64,000 bases of DNA from Bryobacterales bacterium (GTDB taxonomy: Bacteria; Acidobacteriota; Terriglobia; Bryobacterales; UBA6623). Location: assembly GCA_963422375.2 (NCBI GenBank), contig OY729427.2, forward strand, positions 160,001 to 224,000, given 5' to 3'. The notes under the pieces were generated by a model, which was not told where the DNA came from, did not search any database, and worked only from the letters and a program-made list of their open reading frames with translations. The position numbers and the translations under genes are program-made. Positions 21,156 through 29,949 of the stretch are shown here, piece by piece. The number at the start of each line of letters is the position of its first letter. The first letter of the stretch is position 1.

Positions 21156-21948
21156 ATGCTTCTGCTCAGACGGGAATTCGCCGCGCTGCTGCTAGCGACC
21201 CCCGCACTGGCCCGTGTCGCGGTCCGGAGCGCCAAGGTGGAGACGGTCTTCGACACGCCCGGCCCGAAGCCGAACGGCTTGCAGGCAACGGACGAAGGCC
21301 TGTGGATCCTAGACCAAGGCGACAACCGAGCGTACTTGGTCGACTACGAGCGAGGCAGGACTCTGCGCAAGCTCGACACCGACACCAAGTCGGGCAGCGG
21401 CATCACGTTCGACGGGGCGGCCCTCTGGACGGCCTCGACCTACAGCCGCGAAATTCTCAAGATCGACGCCCGCAGCGGCGGGACCCTGGCTCGGTACGAC
21501 TCGCCGGGGTGCCGGCATCGTGGCATGGACTGTCGGCCGTCGCAGCCCGCTGGCGCAGCCCGTCCCGCCATCGGCGGATTCCAAGCCTCCGCCTCGCCGG
21601 AATGCGACCGGCGCGCACGGCATGGAGTGGCGCGACGGCAGGCTCTGGGTTTCTAACCCGCCGTCGCAGACGATCTATCGGATCGACCCGGAATCGTTCA
21701 AGATCGAAAAGCAGTTCCCGACCGCCGGGAACCGGCCTCACGGTCTCGGCTGGGAAGGCAAGTGGCTGTGGTGCGCCGAGTCGAATGAGAATGCCTTTTT
21801 CCGGTTCGACCCGAGCACGGGCAAGGCGGACGCCAAGATTCAGCTCGCCGACAGCGATCCCCTGCCCCACGGTATGACGATCCGCGACGGCTGGATGTGG
21901 TACTGCGACGATGTCGGAGTCGTCTGCAAACTCCGGCTCGATGCGTAG
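21156..21948 (+). pseudogene. Secreted beta-propeller protein split by a +1 frameshift
   Basis: ORFs 21087-21656 and 21520-21948 join as DSPG-AGIVAWTVG if one G of GGGG (21506-21509) is removed; repeated F.T.G..P.GL...LW motif in both halves. Confidence 0.7.
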
Positions 21949-22892
21949 AGCGTAAGCGGCCCGGCGGCGCCAGCTCGTTCGATCGCGCACGCGAGGAGTG
22001 TCGTACCGTGCCAAGGCACCGTCAGCACCGCTCCGCGGACGTCCCGCGACCCGCCGATGTTGCGGTGACGCGACACTGCTTGCTTAACCACAGGGCCGCG
22101 GCTCAGTCACGGCGCCACGACCGTCCAATGGTCGGCAACATCCGACCAGCTAGGATTGCTTTGGCCCGGCCATGCCGAGTGTACCGCACCTCGGCCGAGA
22201 TCCGGATTCCACTGTTCATGAAGACGATCCATTTCCCTCTCCACCGCACTTCACTGAAGACTTCATTTCACACGCCAGACCCTCATTCTCGGCTTCACCA
22301 CGAGTCTGCGTTGAATCGCCAGCGTCGCCAGTTCTGTCCGAACAAGAACATCCTGTCTCTCACTCCAGCAATAGTAATTGTGCTTCGCCACATTGCCAAG
22401 AACAGCGCTATCACTGCTTCGTTTGATATGATTTCCGATTTCTAGCCATGCTTTCGTCAGGTGGATTGCAATGGGAATTATATATCTGAGTGCCGACAAC
22501 GCCATATCCGACTAGAACTGCTGTGAGCAGGGAGGTGGGTGTCGAGCTGGGGTCATGCGAGTGCGGCCGCGGCGGGCACAGAGGGGTGGGGTGTGGGATC
22601 GTATCTGAATCGAGCCTGCCAGCGGATTTGATGAGGAAGGGACTAGAGAGGCCGCCGCGCATGCCCCGGTTGCCCCGGTTGCCCCGGTGGAACCCGGTTG
22701 GCGGTGGCAGGGCACCCCTTGCAAGCCCTGCGAGGGCCGAAGACAGCGGTTCCCCGGCGCTCGACGGCCTGCATGGACGGTCCGGACCGGACCGGGGTCG
22801 CGCCGGGGCCTTCCGGATCCGGTGCACCCCTCGTACCGAGCGTGCAGCGCGCGCCCGCAGCGGGCTGCCGCGCTCGGCGCGGCGGGCGCCGC

Positions 22893-23849
22893 TCAGGCCG
22901 CGACCGCGGCCTTGCCGGTCAGCTGCCGGCAGGTCAGCGTCCGGCCGACCAGGCCCCGCGCCATGCGCCGCATCCGTTCCGCCGTGTCGCAGTCGCGGTC
23001 GTTGCGCCGTCCCGCGAACTCCGTGAGGTAGCGGCCGAGATGACGGACGCTCATCCGGTGATAGGTTCCGTACAGGCCGCGCTTGAACAGGGACCCAAAC
23101 GATTCGATGCCGTTCGCATGCGCTGCCCCGCGCACGTACTCGCCGCCGGAGTGCCTGACAGCTTCGTGCGAGAACTCCGCCATGCCGGCGCAGGCCGCCG
23201 CCTCGTCGGAGTAGACCTGCGCGCCCGGCGCGACCCGGCCGCGCACGAAGCCCTGCAGGTCGCCCTTGGCGGTGCCCGGCAGCGGCCGCGCGGCCACTGC
23301 GTTCGTGGCGCGGTCCCGCGCCCCCGCCACGGGCGTCTTGCCGACGGGCCCGCGCCCGGCACGGGCCTTCTTCCTCTCGTGCTTGTTGCGCTCCTTGCCG
23401 CCGACGCAGGTCTCGTCCACCTCCACCGGGCCGGCGAACAGGCCCCGATCCCGCTGCCAGCACGCGCGGATGCGGTGCGCCAGGTGCCAGGCCGACTTCC
23501 GGCTGATGCCTAGGTCGCGGTGCAGCTTCATGCTCGAGACGCCCTTGATGCCGGTAGTCAGCAGGAACAGGGCGACGGCCCGGGTGCGGTAGCCGAGCTT
23601 GGTGTCGGCCATCACGCTGCCGGTGCGCACCGAAAAGCGCTTGCCGCAGCCGCGGCAACGGTACGGCATCGAAGGGTGGGCCGCGTCGGACTGCACGCTG
23701 GATCCGCGGCAGCGGGGGCACGCGGGACCGTCCGGCCAGCGCATGGAGGCGAACCACTTTTCCGCGGATTCGTCATCGCGGAACATGGCGATCACTTCCA
23801 TCAATGTGATGCCTTTACGGAACCACTTTCCGGGACCTGATTTCTTCAT
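22893..23849 (-). CDS. IS1595-family transposase (A1), full-length ORF
   Basis: Zn ribbon CPRC..YRCRGC, VEVDET, YSDE, NGIESF..FKRG. Confidence 0.9.
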   Translation of the reverse strand: MKKSGPGKWFRKGITLMEVIAMFRDDESAEKWFASMRWPDGPACPRCRGSSVQSDAAHPSMPYRCRGCGKRFSVRTGSVMADTKLGYRTRAVALFLLTTGIKGVSSMKLHRDLGISRKSAWHLAHRIRACWQRDRGLFAGPVEVDETCVGGKERNKHERKKARAGRGPVGKTPVAGARDRATNAVAARPLPGTAKGDLQGFVRGRVAPGAQVYSDEAAACAGMAEFSHEAVRHSGGEYVRGAAHANGIESFGSLFKRGLYGTYHRMSVRHLGRYLTEFAGRRNDRDCDTAERMRRMARGLVGRTLTCRQLTGKAAVAA

Positions 23850-23872
23850 TTACGGTATCCCCTACTGGAACT

Positions 23873-23902
23873 ATTCTACCAAGAAACACCACAGAATGTC
23901 AA
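23873..23902 (-). promoter_or_regulatory. Transposase promoter of element A
   Basis: TTGACA-18 nt-TAGAAT on minus strand with TG extension; same boxes in A2 (26975-27004), A3 and A4. Confidence 0.7.
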
Positions 23903-24444
23903 CGGAAAGTCGGAAGAAATATGAAATCTTATTATGGCTTGATAATTTGCCGACTTGATTCCCTCGGCACTCAGATATATAATTCCCCTTGCAATTCCAG
24001 TCCAATCCACTACGACATGAGGTTGGACGTCATGTCAGATACGCGAACTGAGTTGCCAGTTGAAGTCTTCCAAGCACTGAGGAGCGGCTTTTTCCAGGCT
24101 GGCGGGACACCGAAAATCTACAAGATACGAGACAAGAAAAACACTCAAGATGACCCGATCGACGAATACATCCATAGCATTCTTAGTACCAAGCTAGCAC
24201 CTAATATCACTACTACAAAGTCATCTGGACCTCTGATTAACCCTGACATGGTGATCTACCGACCGAAGTCTTGTGATTTCGTTTCACGTACAATCTTAGT
24301 ATCTGATTCCACCAGAATATTCGGATTCGAAGTGAAGAAAATTGAACGGCAGCCTTCTGGTTCCGTGGCCCGGTCATCTGGATTGGACTACAACACAACT
24401 CCGCCATGCGGTACGATGCGCGTACTGAGGGGCGCAAAAGTCTT

Positions 24445-25536
24445 CCTGATTACCCACAAGACTCAGCCAAGGTTAGGAGGCGGTAAGGCCTGGGCGGGGT
24501 GCGCACGGAGGCGTGGAGCAGGCGGGGGACCAGCGCCTCCAGATCGTAGCGGCGGTTGAAGCGGTAGCGGAACTCGGCGAGGTACCGCGGCAAGTGCTTG
24601 CCGTCGAGCGCAGGGCAGGTTCCCGCCAGGGACTGCTTGCCGTTCGCCAGCATCGTGTTGACCCGGACGTTGACCCGGAAGAAGCGGGAATCCCCGCAGC
24701 TCCGCTGCCCGCCTCCGGTGACGGTCGGCACGTGCTCGCAGCCGGCGTCGGCGACGCCCCGGAAGCAGGCCGGGCCGTCGGAATGCACCTCCGTGCCGGG
24801 CTGCAAGTGCCGCCCGGCCCACGCTGCCAGCGTCTTCTTGCGCAAGCTCGCCACGCTGCTCATGCGCATCCTTGCCGGCTGGCCGGCGGCGGTGACCTGC
24901 ACGGCGGCGACGAACGGCGTCCTGCCCGCCGCGCCGCGACCGCGCTTGCCGCCGCGCCGCGACCGCGCTTGCCGCCGCGCCGCGACCGCGCTTGCCGCCG
25001 CGCCGCTCCCCGCCCCGGTAGGCGTCGTCCACCTGCACGATGCCGGCCAGCGGCAGGCGCTCGTCGCGCTCCTTCATCACTTGCAAGAGCTTGTGCTTCA
25101 CCTTCCAAGCCGTGTTCCGGCTCACGCCCAGCTGCCGCGCCAGTTCCAGCGACGAAACGCCGTGCTTACCCTGCGTCAGCAGGTGGATCGCCAGCAACCG
25201 GACGGTCAGCGGCAGCTGGGTGGCGGCGAAGATCGTGCCGGCGACGAGGGAGCTCCGGCGGTGGCAGGCATGGCACTGCCAGAGCTTGCGGGAGCGGATG
25301 CGGCAGTGCCGTCGGGAGCCGCACTCCGGGCAGCGGAAGCCGTCCGGCCAGCGGGCCTTGAAGACGGCCTGCTCGCATGGCCCCTCGCTGCCGTAGCGCT
25401 GCAGGAACTTGCCCAGGTTGAGTCCCTTCTGGAATTGAACGCGATTGCGTTTCAGCTGCTATCCCCTTTCCTATCAGAGATTTCCAACCTCCTTCAGTAT
25501 AGCATATCCTCGGCTGACGTTCGTTGGTAATGCAGG
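24445..25536 (-). mobile_element. IS1595-group element, copy B1 (transposase pseudogene)
   Basis: cctgattacc.. ends; perfect TSD aaagtctt (24437-24444 / 25537-25544); start ATG changed to CTG; internal tandem duplication at ~24935-25003 shifts the frame. Confidence 0.9.
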
Positions 25537-25569
25537 AAAGTCTTTTCGGATCGGCCAGGCCAAAATGTA

Positions 25570-27089
25570 GGGAATTATATATCTGAGTGCCGACAACGCC
25601 ATGTCCGACGAGAACTGCTGTGAGCAGGGAGGTCGGCGTCTGGCTCGGGTCATTCGAATGCGGCCGCGGTAGGCACAGCAAGGTGGGATCGTATCTGAAT
25701 CGAGCCTGCCAGCGGAATTGACGAGGCACGGATTAGAGAGGCCCCCTCGCATGCCCGGTGGAATCCGGTTGGCGGTGGAGGGCACCCCTTGCAAGCCGCT
25801 TGCGTGCCCTGCGAGGGCCGAAGACAGCGGATCCCCGGCGCTCGACGGCCTGCATGGACGGTCCGGGCCGGACGCGGGTCGCGCCGGGGGATTCCAGAGC
25901 CGGCGCGCCCCTCGCACCGAGCGTGAAGCGCACCGAGCGTGAAGAGTGCGTCGGCAGCGGGCTGCGGCGCTCGGCTCGGAGGGCGCCGCTCGGGCCGCGA
26001 CCGCGGCCTTGCCGGCCAGCTGCCGGTAGGTCAGCGTCCGGCCGACCAGGCCCCGCGCCATGCGCCGCATCCGTTCCGCCCTTGTTCCGCCGTGTCGCAG
26101 TCGCGGTCGTTGCACCGTCCCGCGAACTCCGTCAGGTAGCGGCCGAGATGACGGACGCTCATCCGGTGATAGGTTCCGTACAGGCCGCGCTTGAACAGGG
26201 ACCAAAACGACTCGATGCCGTTCGTATGCGCTGCCCCGCGCACGTACTCGCCGCGGGAGTGCCTGACGGCTTCGTGCGGGAACTCCTCCATGCCGGCGCA
26301 GGCCGCCGCCTCGTCGGAGCGGACCTGCGCCCCCGGCGCGACCCGGCCGCGCACGAAGCCCTGCAGGTCGCCCTTGGCGGTGCCCGGCAGCGGCCGCGCG
26401 GCCGCTGCGTTCGTGGCGCGGTCCCGCGCCCCCGCCACGGGCGTCTTGCCGACGGGCCCGCGCCCGGCGCGGGCCTTCTTCCTCTCGTGCTGGTTGCGTT
26501 CCTTGCCGCCGACGTAGGTCTCTTCCACCTCCACCGGGCCGGCGAACAGGCCCTGATGCCGCTCCCGGCACGCGCGGATGCGGTGCGCCAGGTGCCAGGC
26601 CGACTTCCGGCTGATGCCCGGATCGCGGTGCAGCTTCATGCTCGAGACACCCTTGATGCCAGTGGTCAGCAGGAACAGGGCGACGGCCCGGGTGCGGTAG
26701 CCGAGCTTGGTGTCGACCATCACGCTGCCGGTGCGCACGGAAAAGCGCTTGCCGCGGCAACGGTACGGCATCGAAGGGTGGGCCGCGCCGGACTGCACGC
26801 TGGAGCCGCGGCAGTGGGGGCATACCGGACCGTCGGGCCAGCGCATGGAGGCGAACCACTTTTCCGCGGATTCGTCATCGCGGAACATGGCGATCACTTC
26901 AATCAGAGTGATGCCTTTACGAAACTACTTCCCGGGACCTTTCTGCTTCATAGACGACCTCATATATCGGAACTATTCTACCAAAATAATCCACCGACTG
27001 TCAACAGATCTCCGGAAGAAATATGAAATTAATTTATGGACTGATAATTTGCAAAATCGGTTGCCTCGGCACTCAGATATATAATTCCC
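25570..27089 (-). mobile_element. ISNwi-type IS1595 element, copy A2 (transposase pseudogene)
   Basis: IRs as A1; perfect TSD aaaatgta; TGG>TAG at 26925-26927; 11-bp insertion near 3' end. Confidence 0.92.
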
Positions 27090-27297
27090 AAAATGTACTG
27101 GCAACTGAGTTCCCAAGCAGTCTATCAAGAAGGAGGCCTTCCAAATTCAAGTACGCAATATACTGTGTAGATAGTTACGGTATATCACAATATGCAGGCC
27201 TAAGTTTTAGAATTCAAGACTCTATCTCTGGGCTGCTATGATGGCAGCCTGAATAGGAAGTCGACTGAGTATGGCCCGTATCTTGGGAAAAGGCTTT

Positions 27298-28330
27298 CCT
27301 GATTACCCACAAGACTCAGCCAAGGCTAGGAGGCGGTAAGGCATGGGCGGGGTGCGCACGGAGGCGTGGAGCAGGCGGGGGACCAGCGCCTCCAGATCGT
27401 AGCGGCGGTTGAAACGGTAGTGGAACTCGGCGAGGTACCGCGGCAGGTGCTTGCCGTCGAGCGCATGGCAGGTTCCCGCCAGGGACTGCTTGACGTGCGC
27501 CAGCATCGTGTTGACCCGGAAGAAGCGGGAATCCTCGCAGCTCCGCTGCCCGCCTCCGGTGACGGTCGGCACGTGCTCGCAGCCGGCGCCGGCCACGCCC
27601 CGCAAGCAGGCCGGGCCGTCGGAATGCACCTCCGTGCCGGGCTGCAGGTGCCGCCCGGCCCACGCTGCCAGCGTCTTCTTGCGCAAGCCCGTCACGCCGC
27701 TCATGCGCATCCTTGCCGGCTGGCCGGCGGCGCTGACCTGCACGGCGGCCACGAACGGCGTCTTGCCCGCCGCGCCGCGACCGCGCTTGCCGCCGCTCCG
27801 CTCCCCGCCCCGGTAAGCGTCGTCCACCTGCACGATGCCGCCCGGCGGCAGGCGCTCGTCGCGCTCCTTCATCACTTGCAAGAGCTTGTGCTTCATCTTC
27901 CAAGCCGTGTTCCGGCTGACGCCCGGCTGCCGCGCCAGTTCCAGCGACGAAACGCCGTGCTTGCCCTGCGTCAGCAGGTGGAGCGCCAGGAACCGGACGG
28001 TCAGCGGCAGCTTGGTGGCGGCGAAGATCGTGCCGGCGACGAGGGAGGTCCGGCGGTGGCAGGCATGGCACTGCCGGAGCTTGCGGGAGCGGATGCGGCA
28101 GTGCCGGCGGGAGCCGCACTCCGGGCAGCGCAAGCCGTCCGGCCAGCGGGCCTTGAAGACGGCCTGCTCGCATGGCCCCTCGCTGCCGTAGCGCTGCAGG
28201 AACTTGCCCGGGCTGAGTCCCTTCTGGAATTACACGCGATTGCGTTTCATCTGCTATCCCCTTTCCTGTCAGAGATTTCCGACCTCCTCCAGTATAGCAT
28301 ATCCTCGGCTGACGTTCGTGGGTAATCAGG
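27298..28330 (-). mobile_element. IS1595-group element, copy B2 (transposase pseudogene)
   Basis: cctgattaccc IRs; perfect TSD aaggcttt (27290-27297 / 28331-28338); ATG 28250 then CAA>TAA at codon 7 (28230-28232). Confidence 0.92.
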
Positions 28331-28829
28331 AAGGCTTTTGCGCCTCTCAGTATATGACTCCTCAAGCAAGATTCTTGACATCAAGGGATTCTACCTATTC
28401 CTGTGCCAAGAACAACAAGCAACTTCCAGTTCCACTTATTTTGTTAGTGCCCTCGTTCTTTGTGACGGCGACTTGTTGAATGAAGACTTTGACTACTATG
28501 TCTCAATCATGGAACGTCGATCAAAGGAAATCCAACTCGGCTCATACGGAGACGGTGCCAATAGGATCCGTCCGATGATGATTTTTGCGAATCCGCTGGG
28601 AGCATCGTTTCTAGATTGGCACTCGACACTGATCCATGATTCATCTGATCTCGATTCCAAGCACGATAACCTACAGAAAGTCGGCGGAATTGAACGTACA
28701 GTCTCGACAACGAATGACGGACAACGTGCAACCAGAGAGTTCCATTGCTATCGGGAAATCCGCGACCTGCCAAACATCGCTGCTGCTGATGCAAATCCAC
28801 TGTTTCATGAGATTGACCCGTTCCCAACC

Positions 28830-29740
28830 GAGACGCTCGCGGTTGCGCACCCGGGCCGGCAGCAGGAAGGCCAGCACCAGCAGGGTCGAGTGCAGGCCGT
28901 AGAAGCCCTTGCCGACCCTCAGCGCGCCCAGGTGGCCGAGCAAGCCGGCCTGCAACAGGGCGGGCAGGGCCGCCAGGACGCCGCCCTCGGCCACCGCCGC
29001 GGCCGGCGCGAAGCTCGGAGCACGCTCCTCCAACTGGCCGAGACTGGCCAAGGCGCGACCCTGCGAGTCGCAGGTGGCCCGGCCCCGGGGCACGATCGCG
29101 TCGCGGCGGCTGCGCTCCTCGCGCCCCGGAGCCGGCGGTTGCTCCGCGACACTCGCCGCCCCGGCGGGTGCGGGCTCTTTTTCGGTCGCGGGGGCCTCCA
29201 CGGTCGCGGGGGCCTTCTCCGTCGCGGGCACCTCGGGGTCGCCAGGGCCTGCTCGGCGGGGAGCGCCGCGGCGAGCGCCGGGATGCCGGGCAGGCGACCG
29301 ATCCGCTTGTACTGGCGCAGGGTCTCGTAGCACGCGCCCAGCTGGCGCGCCGCGCGGCGCAGGACGTCCTCGTCCTCGATCCCGTGCCGACGGCGCGGGC
29401 GGCGCGGGCAGTCGAAACCGGCCGGGCCCTACTGCTTGAGGCGCTCCACGTCCCGGCGCACCGTGCGCGCGCAGACCCCGCCAGCCCGCGCCAGTTGCGC
29501 CGGCGTGGCCAGCTGCATGTGCGCCAAGTGCGCCAAGTGCGCCATGCAGCGGCGAGCGGCGCGGCGGTCGTCCGCTGCTTGCATGTCGAGCGGCGAGATA
29601 TCGAGGTAGTAGTACACGCGGTCGCCGTCCCGGAGCATGCTCGGGCGCTGGTTGACGGGGGTGGCCTCGGCGGGCTGCAGGCCGAGCGATCCGGGCACGC
29701 CGCGGGGCGTCTGCGAGAGCTCCGAGCTCCTGTAAGTGAG
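28830..29740 (-). pseudogene. N-terminal remnant of a large putative transposase with HTH (family not securely assigned)
   Basis: LARAGGVCARTVRRDVERLKQ HTH then in-frame TAG (29429-29431); GGVLAALPALL..G..FYGL.STLL.LAFL segment; very high GC; abuts the nuclease gene. Confidence 0.55.
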
Positions 29741-29949
29741 CTTACCATGCCTGCCTGGGAAGCGCAATGCACTTTCACATGATCGGAAGATAAATTTGTG
29801 AAATTCAGAGAGAAGCGCATCATTTTCTCGAGTTGACACGGCAGAATCCAGTAGAATATCGAGTTATTCTGCCATAAAGTTGTTCTTATACTGGTCTGTA
29901 ATGTGGCGGTGAAAAACTGTCAAACTGTTATGATACAGTCATTTTAATT

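Larger units (their letters stand above)
22473..23987 (-). mobile_element. IS1595 family, ISNwi-type element, copy A1
   Basis: IRs gggaattatatatctgagtgccga at both ends; 8-bp flanks attgcaat/cttgcaat (7/8). Confidence 0.92.
24425..28350. mobile_element. 257-bp MITE (TA-targeting, IS630/mariner-like) carrying three nested IS1595 copies
   Basis: TA duplicated (24423-24424 / 28351-28352); reconstructed IRs ctgag(g/a)ggcgcaaaag(t/c)cttttc; own sequence = 24425-24444 + 25545-25569 + 27098-27297 + 28339-28350; no ORF. Confidence 0.8.
24032..28829 (+). pseudogene. Interrupted PD-(D/E)xK nuclease, probable type II restriction endonuclease (segments 24032-24424 and 28353-~28829)
   Basis: Low GC; GAGG then ATG 24032; INPDMVIY..FGFEVKK motif; removing 24425-28352 gives in-frame ..PPCGTMRV|YDSSSKILDIKGFYLFLC..; 3' end replaced by a transposase remnant. 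Confidence 0.75.

Noticed and set aside
22172..22426. ORF containing HEDDPFPS, resembling the nuclease's HEIDPFPT, as a displaced C-terminus or paralogue
   Set aside because: The similarity is a few residues only, there is an in-frame stop at 22151-22153, and it lies on the wrong side of the gene; treated as chance.
23921..24559. ORF-track proteins 23921-24559 and 28338-29330 as real genes
   Set aside because: Both are chimeras of nuclease fragments with IS or MITE sequence.
24445..28330. Composite transposon bounded by B1 and B2
   Set aside because: Each B copy has its own distinct TSD, so they inserted independently; the outer TA-flanked IRs belong to the MITE.
29833..29857. TTGACA...TAGAAT promoter on the plus strand
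   Set aside because: The spacer is only 13 nt.
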